Assembly: GCF_009834535.1 (NCBI RefSeq)
Contig: NC_045707.1
Coordinates: 62,374,001 to 62,438,000 of the forward strand
DNA length: 64,000 nt
Reading direction: 5' to 3'
Source of the DNA: Camelus ferus
Lineage: Eukaryota
The notes under the pieces were generated by a model. That model was not told the origin of the DNA. It did no database searches and was given only the letters and a program-made list of their open reading frames with translations. This document shows, piece after piece, positions 13,201 to 25,699 of the stretch. The stretch's first letter is position 1. Every line of letters begins with the position of its first letter. The translations under genes were made by a program, and so were the position numbers.

Positions 13201-13540
13201 AACGTTAGCAGGCCTGTTACTGAGGCTCAGGTAGGTGTGACTCCTCCTGGGTCCCTTGGCAGATGGTGCTGGTGGCAGGATCAAGGCCGGCGGCAAATCT
13301 GCATGGAGATGGGGTTATTTCCAGGTCTGTAATGGTTGGTGAACCTGTTACCTGGGCATAGCCTGCCTTCTCAAAACTGCCCTCCTTGGTCTTGAGCTCC
13401 ACTGAGGTTTTGCAACTTCCTACCTGAATCTCAAAGCTCCCACAGAGGGGTTTGCCATAGATGACTGCCAAATCATTGCTGCTGTGCGGGAGATATCATC
13501 AGAGGCTCTTTTATCCTGCCATTTTACTGACGTCACTCCT
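10235..13540 (-). mobile_element. Rearranged L1MA-like LINE-1 (3'UTR, inverted ORF2 piece, ORF2 RT region, GC-rich 5'UTR)
   Basis: ORF 11089-11331 translates to L1 RT motifs ([31 protein letters not shown]) and 12060-12398 to post-endonuclease motifs (AVLRGKFIA). The 3'UTR motif is at 10235-10590 and the GC-rich 5'UTR at 12420-13540, starting aggagtgacgtcagtaaaatggcagg on the minus strand. Confidence 0.9.
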
Positions 13541-14294
13541 AATTTTTAAATATGCAAATTTAACTGTAGTCTCTAAATTAATGTGTTAGAAGATACTTTG
13601 TCACTATGAGCACACTTTTATTAGCTCTTCATACCAAATTTATTTATTTTAAGGCAGGAAAAAAAACATTTTGACATTCCTTACACAATATGGGATGTGG
13701 TTAAAATAAAAGAATAATACTTGTAAAGAGTAAAGATTCTGGAAATTGTTATACTTCTATACTTCCTAAAAATCATTATTTTTCTGGTGCTTTTCTAGCA
13801 GGTGTTTTTATCTCTTCATTCAAAAATATCATTAAAGCATTTCTCACAGGTGCCAATAGAAGCTCTGATATGCAAAATCCACCGTATCAAATTGCATGTG
13901 ATGTTTAACTGTCAAGGTTAATTACTTAAATTCAACTTTTCTTGCAACAATTCTAGGTAAGAAACAACTTGACTCAGCTGAAGCAATTAACATTTTAACA
14001 ACAGCATCAAATACACAATAAACAAAAAATATCTCCTAAAATCATATTATTTTTAGCCTCAAAATCATTACCGTTAAAACACAGGTGAAAAATTGGGTAA
14101 CAGTATAAATAACTGTATTGTTATTTGTGAACATATTAGAGTCAGTCTTATTATCAGACACTTGAAAATTAACTACATTTTCCTCAGAACAAATATATCC
14201 ACATTCTCTAGACCTCTGTTTAACATTTGATAGGTTATATAACCTGATCTTTAAGTCTCCTTCCTTCTAAAGACTCCATGATTTCATCCTCTTA

Positions 14295-14358
14295 TTTTTT
14301 TAAATTTATTTTCTTTTTCTTTCTCTTCCTTTTTTTTTCTTTTCTTTTCTTTTCTTTT
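14295..14358. repeat. T/C-rich (TTTTC)n low-complexity tract
   Basis: The polypyrimidine run is directly visible. Confidence 0.8.
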
Positions 14359-17300
14359 AATTCCAACATTCACATCCTGGTCAAAGAGCTTACTAACAAA
14401 GGTTTTCATTTTCCTTGGCATGTTCAAGGTCCCTATATACTTCCCTACATTCATTTCTCTCTTGCAAATACCATCAAGTCTGTAAACTAGTCATTCTGAA
14501 GAAATTCCTTAAGGTCACTACCATAGTAGCTAGCTCAGAGAATTCTTAAATTTGCTCTGTGTAGTTCCTGCAGTATTTGCTGAGGTGTGTGGCTTTGTAA
14601 AAAGGCATTACAACTTTCCATCTTCCTTCTGTAGCTCACAATAGTTATCTAACTCACCATTGTTTCATTCCTTGTACTCTGCTTCTGGGTGGTTTCGGTC
14701 TCAAGGTATCTAATATATCTAAGTCCATATCACCAAGTAGCAAAATAATTGGTAATCAATGTCTTCTTCCAGACACTATAAATTCCAGATACAGATGGAA
14801 AACTTCCTTCCATTGAACCACATGAGAACATTTACTTTATAACAGTTTTCTTTTTCAGGCTTACCTTCATTTACTATGTTTGGCAATGAAAATTCTGTTC
14901 TCAAAAATATTTAGCTTATATTATTTCATTGTTTGAGCTTTATTACTTGGATCTAGGTTAAAAATTTATCTTCTTTTTTACAAAATGAGATAATTCTAAC
15001 TCTACTTTAAATGATCATATTTTGATTTTCCTTCATAATGAGAAATGAGGCATAGAAGTATATGGGTAATGAACTGAATATTAGCTTAGTCCTTCAATAG
15101 GCAAGTGAATTAATAAAAGGATTCCTATACACTGTGGGTTATATTTTTAAATGCTTATCATTACCCCTTTAAAAAAATAAAACTTCTAAACAGCTCTTTC
15201 ATTAAAGAAGTTTTACTGTCATAGTTTATTAAACTTTAAGTCCCATGTTATAATTTTGATTCCAGCCCACCTTAAACAAACTGTATGTTTAAAAGAAAGT
15301 ATGGCTGAATTTAGCTGCAGTTTCCATTAGTTTAGCAAAAAGATGGGATTAACAAGAGTTAAACAGGGTACGAGGAGGAGACAGATTGACAGCAGGTGCG
15401 ACCAGTGTAGCAAACCTATCTTAGATGGAAAAGTTGGTGACAAAAGTAAGATACCTAAGATAAAGGGATCAACCAAAAGGATTCTCAAAATTCAAGCACA
15501 GGTGCTACTGCTGTGAACATGCTAGGAAAATACCTGAGTCCAAACTAGTAGACGACAGAAGAGCCATCCCAGAGGCAATCTGGTTTTGAGTATGGAGAAG
15601 GTGCAACAAACTACGTATGGTATTGTTCTTAAACCTTTCTGTCTTAGGCTCTGTCCTTTGAAGACACCCACATACCCAAAGGAGGCTGAAAACTAAAATT
15701 AAATAAATATATAAGAAAACATATGGGTGCTATGTTACTCAACATACAATACTCCACACTGGCACAACACAATGTATAATCAAAACATCTGGTCTCCTAC
15801 CATTGTTGGGCCCCAGGAAATCTTTCTTCTCATCTCTTGTCACCATGTCTGAATTCCAAGAAGATGTTGGTTATTCCACTGCCATCATAGGAAAGAGACA
15901 AAGTTTTTAATTAAGAGGAAAGATAAATTAATAAATTTGGCAAATCTTTCCTAGATTGCATGAATATAATAGGTTCTTGCAAAATAGATTTTTACAAAAA
16001 AGTTTAAAAACCAAAGGGATTTTTACTGACAAATTTTAAAGACGAAATTCAAAAAAATGAGATCAAATAAAGTATGTGTGAAATATAAAACTAAAGCAGC
16101 ATTCTAATATTCCAAAAACATTTGAATAAGGAAAAAAACATTTGCATGACTACGAAAAAGAGGAATATCTGAAAAATGTTATGTATTCAGACATGAAAAA
16201 TAATATTTAAATGTAGTCATATCTGATATTTTGCAGACTTTCAGTGATAATGAAACCATTTTCATATATTTTTCAGCTTTGACTTTATACAGGTTACTTT
16301 TCAAGGTAAGACAGTAGATCATGTATTATTTAACAATTTATTAGCTTCATTTACAACTTTTATGTGAGTGAGTCTGCATTTGTACTTGCCCATGCCCTGT
16401 AGATACTAGGGGTAGCCCTGATTATCTGAAAGAGTAGTGTCAGAAGTTCTCTTGGTAAATTTACTCATTCCTTTATCACTCTTTTTACATCAACTACTTA
16501 CGAAAAAATAAAACTAAACATATTTAGAGATTTAATCATGGCTCATATTTTTATGTTTCTCTCTTATTTACTTTACCAATCCACACTCTCATATGGAACT
16601 CACATCCTACAATATTAGGACTTATTCCAATTTTTTCCTGTGCTCCCATTCACTCCATGAGTAAACTCACCCTGTATTTTTTAACCAAATACAGATGAAT
16701 TACAAAAAATTGCTGTCTTATTTAAATTAATTGATGTAAAATGGTATCATGTTATGACAGTGGTATGTACCAGTGATGTTTACTGACTAAATATACTTTC
16801 CTAAAAATAATAAAATTTTATGAAATAATGATGGTGTTTGATAATTTGGAGTCATATCTCTGATCAAATAAGTCTTTTTTCTACCTCAAGCCAAACCAAT
16901 TATTTTGAGTGTATAGATGGATATGAAAGATTTGAAGAAAAATTGTGACATATGGACATTAAGTATATCTGTATGTGTTAGCACATAAAATCAGAGGTAG
17001 ATTTTCTGGGAGTAAAATGCGATGCCATAGAGAGGGTCTACAATAATAACTTGAACTGTGTGCCAACTTCAACTTTTTTCTGATGAAACAAAGCAATACT
17101 TTCAATATTTTAATACTAATAATGATGCTAATAATAGGTGCTAACATCAATTTCTGTCCTACAAATGGAACCCCTAAACTCAAATTTAAAATATATTTGT
17201 CACTTTTAACACGAATGTATTTTTTTACAACACTTGAACACAATTAATGCAACACACACACTTTTTAAAGTTGGCCATGCATTATCACTCAAAAGCTAAC

Positions 17301-17963
17301 ACTTTGTTATTGAATCCAGGAATGGCTTTCCAAATTTGAGTTTTATGTTGCAGTCAATGAAACAACCACTGATTCTTTAAAAATTAAAACAGGGACATTT
17401 TTATCATTCAGGCATTTAATTAGAACTTTAAAAATAGATTAATTGTAATTGAAAAAGTAATAAAATATAGCTTGGCATTTTTTAGAGAAATCTAAGTTAG
17501 CACGGTAAATGAAGTTACTTTATTTTTCGCTTTGTCAGTAAACTTAGACACTGCCTATGTCCTTAGAATTGAAAAGCAAATAATCTGTAAAAATAGATAA
17601 TGTTTTTTTCTTATAATTCTCTTGAACTTGCAATGCCTATTCAAGCAGGTTTCACTCTTTATAATAACTGCACATTAAAATGAACTTTTTATACTTTGTA
17701 CATTTTTTTCCTTTCCTTTAAGGTAACTTCATTATATAACATCATTTTTCCCACCTTTCTTGTCTTGGTAAACAGACTAAAGACAATTTTAAATCAGCAT
17801 AACTGTAATAATCTCTGGTTAAATCCAAAAATTAATGTAAATGATAATATATTTGACATATATTGATATGTTCACATAATTAATATATGAATGTAACATG
17901 ACTCAACTGATTTGTAGTTTAAAATATCTTCTTGCCAATAGCTGCTAATCCAGTTGCCCCTAA

Positions 17964-18433
17964 CTTTCACTCATTCAAAAAATATTGATCAATTGTCTAC
18001 TATATTCTAAGCCCTGTTCTAAGTACAGAACACAACAAGACAAATTTTTTCTGAACTAAAAAACACATATTTTGTTCAAGAAGGGATGGATGGGCTATAA
18101 ACAAACAAAAAATCACACATGTAACAAGACAATATCATCTAGGGATACATGCCTTGATGAAAATAAGAGTTTTGCAATACTAAGGGAGGGAAATACCTTT
18201 AAACTGCCTGAGAGAGACTTGTTAGGAAGCATGATTTTAGATAAGAACTAAGTACTAAGAAGATAACCATTTGAAGTTCTATGGGAAGAGCATTATAAGC
18301 AAAGGGAACAGAAAATACAAATGCTCTGAGTTAACTGAAAGGAAACCAATTATAGGGCTAGTGACTATAGGGCAAAAATAAACTAAAAGCTTATGAGTCA
18401 CTGCAAGTAATTTGGATGTTATGTGAATGTGAA
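17964..18433 (-). mobile_element. L2 3' end (left part, split by an L1 insertion)
   Basis: Reverse L2 tail ttcactcattcaaaaaatattgatcaattgtctactatattctaagccctgttctaag, and gggaagagcattataagcaaagggaacag. Confidence 0.8.
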
Positions 18434-19300
18434 GAAATGCAGATCAAAGCTACAAATAAGGACCACCTCACACCAGTCAGAATGGCCATCACAAACAGTA
18501 AGTGCTGGAGAGGGTACAGAGAAAAGGGAACCCTCCTACACTGTTGGTGAGAATGTAATTTGGTATAGCCAGAATGGAAAACAGTATGGAGATTCCTCAA
18601 AATACTAAAAATAGACAAACCATATGATCCAGCAATCCCACTCCTGGGCATATATCCAGAGGAAACTCTAATTCAAAAAGGTACATGCAACCCAATGTTC
18701 ACAGCAGCACTATTTACAATAGCCAAGACATGGAAACAACCAAAATGTCCATTGACAGATGACTGGATAAAGAAGTTGTGGTATATTTAAACAAAGGAAT
18801 ACTACTCAGCCATACAAAATAATAAAATAATGCCATTTGCAGCAACATGGATGGAACTGGAAATTGTCATTTTAAGTGAAGCCAGAAGGAGAAAGAAAAA
18901 AAAACGTCGTATGATATCACTCATATGTGGAATGTAAAAAAAAAAAAAAAAAAAAAGAAAGAAAGAAAACAGAGGACACTATTGAACTCATCTACAAAAC
19001 AGAAACGGACTTGCAGACATAGTAAACAATTTTATGGTTACCTGGGGACAAGGGGTGGGAAGGAACAAACTGGTAGTTCAAGATCTGCAGATACTAACTA
19101 ATATATATAAAATAGAGAAACAACAAGTTCATACTGTATAGCACAGGGAACTATGTTCAGTGTCTTGTAGTAACTTATGGTGAAAAAGAATATGAAAACG
19201 AATGTATGTCTGTTCATGTATGACTGAAGCATTATGCTGGACATTAGAAATTGACACATTATAAACTGACTATACTTCAATAAAAATATTTTAAAAAATA
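18434..19300 (+). mobile_element. Young 5'-truncated L1 (ORF2 C-terminus plus 3'UTR), camelid-like
   Basis: ccatatgatccagcaatcccactcctgggcatatatccaga, gccatttgcagcaacatggatgga and tgtatagcacagggaactat, ending aataaa plus an A-rich tail. The probable target-site duplication is aatgtgaaga (18426-18435) / agtgtgaaga (19301-19310). Confidence 0.95.
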
Positions 19301-19310
19301 AGTGTGAAGA

Positions 19311-20306
19311 GAAGGTACTAGAGGGTTTTAGACTCTTGAATGGTAGAAATTTCAAATATTTATTCTGACTGGTGCTTAAAAGATGAAGGAAGAAAGAAGA
19401 GGACCAGAAAGAAGACTGCTGGCATAGTCTGGTAATCCAGTCTAGAGATAATCATGGTCAGGTCAAGTCTGTTAGTGGTTCAGTGGGAGAGAAGTAAACA
19501 TATTTATGATATATTTTGGAAACAGGCCTGAAAATATTTGCCAAAAGAAAGAAAGAAAAAACATGAAAATCAACAGAGATTCTCAAGCTTTTGATTTAAG
19601 CAAATTGAGTCAGTGTTGATTCCATTCACTAAGAACAGGAAGCATAGGATACAGTACATTTAGGGGAGAAAGTTCCCTTGGGATGTCTTGAATTGGACAT
19701 GCATATTATCTAAGTGGAACTGTCCAGTAAGTTGTTATAAATATGATCTGGATTTCAGGTGAAAAGTTAGGGCTGGAGACAGATATTTGGGCGTTTTAGC
19801 ACATGGATGTCAGTTATAGTCATGGACCTGTATGAAGTTACCTGAGGAAGATATATTCAGAGAAGAGAAGTGAGTTTGATGACTGAGCTGTGAGACACTT
19901 AATCACCTAGAGTCAAATGGCATAAAAGGAGGATCCAGTATCAGACACTGAGAAGGAGTAGGCAATAAGGTAGGAGAAAATAGAGTGTAACAGAGAAAAT
20001 GGAATACAAAGGAATAAACTGATTTAAGAATAGGAAGTGGTATTTTACCCTAAATGCTGCAATTAAGATGAGAACAGGAAAGCAACATTCATCAAGACAG
20101 AAATGATAGGTTTCCTTGACAAAAGTGGTTCATTGAACTAGCAGAGATGAGGTGAGAAGAGAAGAGAAAAATGAGGAAGTACAGACAGTCGGGATAGACT
20201 ATTCTTCAAAAAGTTATTTTTTATGAAGGGGAAGACTGTAGTGAGACAGTGCCTGAAAAGGAGCATGCTGTCTGAAGAGACAGAAAGATGATTATAGATA
20301 AAGAAT

Positions 20307-20355
<49 letters not shown>

Positions 20356-20740
20356 TTTACATGAAGGAAACCAGAGCATGTTTGTATGTTGACGAAAAAA
20401 ATCATAGAGAATATTTATGAAGATGACAGAGAGAAATCACAAGAATAAAGAAGTCTAGAAAGAGATAAGGCAAAGGTGGATGAATGTGGTTGTTGTAAAT
20501 ATTTAGAAAAGAGGCTGAGGACATAGAAGTATGACAACAGAATGTATGTTCCTGACAGCCCAGGAAAGCGTTTGGGATGATGGAGAAGAGTACATGACTG
20601 GATTAGATTCAATGATGTACAGACAGTTTGGAGATAAAAATCTGGCCAGTGATGGATGGCCTGGGAGGCATAAACACGGTTGTTTGACACAAGGAAACAG
20701 TGAAAGGAAACATAATGGGAGTAGTGCCAAATATCTGTCA
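19311..20740 (-). mobile_element. L2 LINE (continuation after the L1 insertion)
   Basis: Purine-rich antisense L2 motifs: ccattcactaagaacaggaagcatagg, gttagggctggagacagatatttggg, gagcatgtttgtatgttgacg. Confidence 0.75.
20307..20355. repeat. (TAGA)12 microsatellite
   Basis: Perfect tetranucleotide run of about 12 copies. Confidence 0.97.
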
Positions 20741-20742
20741 GA

Positions 20743-20945
20743 CAGTGCTTCTCAAACTATCTGGTAGTGAAAGACTATTTTTCTCCTGTGCATCACAGAA
20801 GAATATTTATGTAAAAAATAAATTTATGGAAAAATTATTACGGTAAAATTTCTATAAACATTTATTCCAATTTCTGTATTACTTTTTCATGGACCAGTTA
20901 AAAAAAAACTGCCAACTTACACCAATTTGAAAAACACACTTTGAG
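20743..20945. mobile_element. hAT-Charlie non-autonomous DNA transposon
   Basis: Left end cagtgcttctcaaact and right end cacactttgag, both Charlie-type termini. Confidence 0.65.
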
Positions 20946-21514
20946 GGAGACTTCTTATATCAGTATGAGAAACCAGATAAAGCTATAATTTAGAAAAGTG
21001 TTCTTAATTTTGTTTATGAACCAAACAACAATTAGGTCTAGGCAAACTACAACATGTTTATTCAGTTAGAATTTTATTTTTACTGGTAATTTATGCACTA
21101 CCGTGCTAATTAGATAGGTAATAATACTTAAATAAAAAGGACAAGTTGTTCACTTTAAAGGTACTCATGAAGTCACTGAAGAAAAGATGAAAACTCTTAA
21201 TAGTAATTAAAATTAAGGTTTTCTGAAAATTTACTGCAAGAAAAAAATGGCACCAATAATAAGGGATATGGATCTGGATTAAGACAATTTTTACTCAGGC
21301 TTCATGTTATGGCACACCCAAGTATCACTTACAAAATACTATTTTGATTATGTTGAGGCTAAGCTTCATAACACTACTCATATCCAGCACCTGACTCAGT
21401 ACACGTGGATTCCAGAAACTGAGTAAAAATACTTCCTCAGCCCTGAATACTACTACACCTGCCACAGTTCTGCATCGACAGATCACACATTGCCTTGTTT
21501 GAGAGTTTCTCATA

Positions 21515-21720
21515 GACTGCTATCTATTAACCAAACCCATTTCCTGTTCTTTGGCACACAGACGGTCTCATTTCTCAGGCTCATTCAGAGTTAGATGTAT
21601 CCATGGGACTGAGTTCCCACCTTTAGGATAAGAATAACAATGGTGTGTTTTGCTTATGGTCAATTAAAACTCTACATGCACTCTAGACTTTTTCTTCATT
21701 CTTCTGTCAGGTGCACGTAG
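21515..21720 (+). mobile_element. Old ERVL/MaLR LTR fragment
   Basis: catttctcaggctcattcagagttagatgtatccatgggactgagttcc resembles the conserved MLT1/LTR16 5' motif. Confidence 0.45.
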
Positions 21721-22642
21721 AGGACAAGAAAGACCCACGCGTTAGTAGGGATATGCACAATTGCTATTTTATCTATATAAATGAGAAAATACTTGTATTT
21801 GCATGAGAAAGAAATCTCAACATTAATCCATTCCACTGACGTATTTCAAGACTGCAAATGTGAGTGTGATTTGACTACTCCTACCAAATACACAAATAAA
21901 AGGTTGCTGTTTCATTTTTCACAGTCACTGTGGCAAAAAAAAACAAAACCAAACAAACAAACAAACAAAAAGAACTGGGTCTAACATGTGAGTGCATGAC
22001 AACAAAAAGTAGCATCCATAAGTGTGCATCCATGTTGTTTGGACTTCTTTCTGTTTTTGCCTCTGGAAGATGTAAATGAAATTTTGAGAACATTGTGGAG
22101 GATAAAGAAGAAGATTTAGGTGACCTAATGTTTTACATTTGGAGAGTATATGTCGTTGGAAGGTATGGCAGAGGTAGAAGGCCAGAAAATCCAAGATTTC
22201 TACCAGAAATCTGGGACATTTATACATCAGTACTGAACAGCTATCACGTAACAAATAATGCAGCAGAAGGCTAGCATAGTGAATTTCAAAAGCCAGTGGT
22301 AGTCAGTGGATCATCCTTCAATATACAAATGTATTAAAATGTTAAAAGATGAACAGCAAAAGAACGAACAAGTTGTCATCCAGGTTCTTGGTGGTCACAT
22401 TCAAATATGGCCACCAAATTCACAACAGTATCAAATCAAAATTCATTTAACTGAACTGACAAAATCAAATTTATATAACTAAAATTGTTAACAGATAAAT
22501 ATAAAGCCAATAATCAGGAATATATTCTTGAGAGTAATTGCTCATCGACTGGAGTGACCCTGTGGAACTTCATGATAAGAAAGAGTAAGAACAACTGTGA
22601 AATTCAAAATCTGTCAGTAATTACAATAAAAATAACATAAGT

Positions 22643-22983
22643 AAACTTTTAACAAAGTTAAATGTTTGTATTATTTAACAAATCATGGGCCAAATGTGTC
22701 AATGGACTTTGTGGATAGGACCAAATTTCAAGGACTTTTTGGTGTGCACCAAATGTCTCAGTCAGGTCCAAATTTCAGGAAACTTTTGGCAAAGTTAAAT
22801 GTTTGTATCATTTAACAAATCATGGACCAAATGTCTCAATGAATGTTTTGGACAGAACCAAATATCAAGGAACTTTCTGGCATGGACAAAATGTCTCAAT
22901 ACATTTTGGACAGGACCAAATATCAACAACCATTGGAGTGGACCAAATGTCTCAATGCACATTTTGGACAGGACTAAATATCC
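22643..22983. repeat. Higher-order minisatellite (~29-bp monomers, ~59-bp dimers, 137-bp duplication)
   Basis: Ten (GGA)CCAAAT-type cores near 22690, 22721, 22749, 22768, 22827, 22858, 22886, 22916, 22943 and 22974. The block caaagttaaatgtttgtatYatttaacaaatcatgg occurs at 22653 and 22790. Confidence 0.9.
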
Positions 22984-24574
22984 TGCAAGAACAGTCAGTT
23001 GTTCTTATGATGCTGCAGAAACCAAAATGCCAGAGGCACAGATTTCAAAATTATTGAGTGGAAAAAGGTATGACCTCAAAATATCAAGCCTTGGTAAGTA
23101 GTCTTTCTTTCAAGGACTCAACAGAAAATAAAAATATCTTCAGGTAGATATGTTGAAAATTAAGCCCTTCATGTACATTTCTTTCTAAAAGTTAACAGGT
23201 ACATCTAATGAAAGGGAGATAAAGCAAAAGTAAGAGTTAAAGAAGGACAATTATAACTAAAATAATTAAAAGTAAATGATAAAAAAGGTAATAGTAAAAA
23301 TTTGCAGTCATTTTTGTTAATCTATAAAAAAGATGGCATAGGTTAACTATATCATAAAAATAATAAAAAGTCATCCATATCTGAAGTGACAGATTACTGA
23401 GAAAGTTCTTCAAATGGATGGGATATAGCAAAAAATAAAGTGCATTAAAATTTTTAATAATACAGTTAATAATAATTTAAAATAATATTTACATCTTAAT
23501 CTTATCAACTAGAACAAAACAGGCTAAAGCTGACTTAAGAAAAACTAAAACTATTATGAATCACGAGATTGTGAAGATTCAAGAGCAGACACACAGAGCA
23601 ACATACACGTGTAACAAAGAAAGCAAGGAAACTTAAGAAGCAAAGCATAAGTAAGTCGACAAAATAGATTAGGGACAATTTTTATCAGTCAAAACATAAA
23701 TTTGAAGGAATTTAAATATCAAAATAAAACTCTCGCTATGTGACAAAAAGTAAAATCTAACTACATAGATGAAAATTAAGTGCCATTAAAAATTAAAATA
23801 TGGGTGCATACATTGTAAGCAAAACAAATGGGTGACTATTTTTACAGAATAAATTACATGACATTTCCTCTTGAAGGGCTCTGACAGAATTTAATAAGAG
23901 CTACATTTAATGAGTTTTTATACTGTGCCTGATGAGACTATGCTGCAGTTTTATAGTGATTACTTCATATATTCTTCTGAACTACTTTGTGAATTAAGTA
24001 CAGTATGATTTTCATTTTAAAGGTAAATAAAAATAGTTAATTAATGTTCTCCAAGATCATACAGTTGGAAAAGTATGGATCTCAGACTGAAATCCAGGGT
24101 AGCTGAATTCAGAGCCCAAGATTTTAAGTTCACTACCACTCTATGATGGTAAAATTGCCATAAAACTTACGCATTTTGATCACACTGGATTGGAAATAAA
24201 TATGTAAATAAGTGACAAAAACAGTTGGAAAAAACAAACATGCTTCTTTCAGACATTAACACATTCAGTAAATTGTAAAGTATAGACATATTACCTTTTT
24301 TGTCTGTGAGGTGGGAGAAAATGAAAATAAATGTAATGAGGATTCAACTTAAGAAAACTGAAAAAAGGATAACAAATAAAACTAAGAGAAATGCCTGAAA
24401 TTGTGTTAAAGCTAAAAATTAACTAAACCAAAGATAAGATCAAAACTGACAAATATTCAAGGGCTATTTATCTGATCAATTAATAGAAGAAATAAACCTC
24501 TAGTAAAAATAGTCAAGAAAACAAAAAGGCATAGAGAAAGGAGGAGTTAGAACAGGCATTTAACCTCAGGGAAA

Positions 24575-24812
24575 AAATAGGAGTTTGAGATCTGCAAATG
24601 TTAGCCATTACATATAAGAATAGATTTAAAAATCCCAAAATTCATCTGTATAGCACAGGGAACTATATTCATTATCTTGTAATAACCTTTAGTGAAAAAG
24701 AATATTAAAAAGAATATATGTATATATATGCATGACTGGGACATTGTGCTATGCACTAGAAGTTGACACATTATAACTGAACATACTTCAATTAATAAAA
24801 TTAATTTTAAAA
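24575..24812 (+). mobile_element. Short young L1 3' end, camelid-like
   Basis: ggagtttgagatctgcaaat...ctgtatagcacagggaactatattc...gcatgactgggacattgtgct...atacttcaattaataaaa, clearly similar to 19070-19290. Confidence 0.9.
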
Positions 24813-25699
24813 AACAGTGTAATTCTACATATAATTCTACCCAGTGAATTAAAAATCTTAATACAGTGAACAATTTTTGAGAAAAACAATATGTTTTCAA
24901 TTTGACAACAGCGTAAGTTAAAATATCTCAATACTTTTCTACTTAGAAATAAATAAATAAGCAAAAATTATTGACATATTATTCCAACAAGAGGTTCTTG
25001 ACTTGGATTGTGTTAGACTCTGAGTTTATCATAAGAGTGTATAATTTCTTTGTCCTTAAAAAAGGAAAGAAAAAAAAAAAACTTTTGATTCATTGCCTGA
25101 AGTAGGTAGAAACCTGACACCAAATTGTGATAAAGACACCAGGAAAACAACACAAGCAGACTGCAAAAACACAAAAATCCTCACTGTCACTTCCACCACC
25201 ACCAAATTTGCATGCTTGATGGGTTTGTGTAATGACTTATGTTTTGCAGTTAGAAGGATGAAAGCATTATTGGTTTGAATCTCAAATATTCAGTACTGTT
25301 TCTTATGGGTATAAGGTATAATTTTTAACTGGTTCATTGACTTCTGAAATACTCTAAAGAGTAGCCTCCAATGGTTATTTTAGCTATTTTTCTTTCCTGG
25401 TAATGGTTAGAATCACTGAACACTAAAATACTCTCTTGTTTAGCATTTACTGACAAATACAAAATGACCTCAAAGTATCCTGAAGTTTTAGATCCAAATA
25501 TTAGATCTAAAATTTTATATCTACAATTAAAAACAAACTCTTGATTTTCTCCTTTTGACTAAAAAACAAAAACAAAGCCCAATCATCTTCTTTAAAGAGT
25601 TCCATAAACAATTACTAGTACACTGTGACCAAATTTACACTAAAAATAGAAAAATGATTTGACCATACTTTGAACAGTTTATCCAATGATGATAGCAGT

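Larger units (their letters stand above)
22480..25170 (+). mobile_element. Highly decayed L1M (ORF1 end to ORF2)
   Basis: A-rich sense strand. 23010-23210 resembles the ORF1 3' end, and ORF2-like motifs include ttaagaaaactgaaaaaagga, ataaacctctagtaaaaatagtcaagaaa and cctgacaccaaattgtgataaagacacc. Confidence 0.55.

Noticed and set aside
12419..13471. Long ORFs and high GC suggesting a gene or CpG island
   Set aside because: This is an L1 5'UTR. CpG is still depleted, and high GC explains the scarcity of stop codons.
16277..16305. 29-nt plus-strand exon-like segment (tttttcag...AAG|gtaaga)
   Set aside because: It is AT-rich and not frame-preserving, and such pseudo-exons are common in introns.
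20415..20767. Overlapping ORFs with protein-like composition
   Set aside because: They lie in purine-rich antisense L2 sequence, with no recognisable domain or convincing splice structure.
22643..22983. CRISPR-like repeat-spacer appearance
   Set aside because: The context is mammalian with no cas genes, and the linkers are ~12-15 bp and similar to each other rather than unique spacers. It is a minisatellite-type array.
22799..23101. ORFs across the tandem array
   Set aside because: The same peptide motif appears in different frames because the units are not consistently multiples of 3, and the 3' part is decayed L1.
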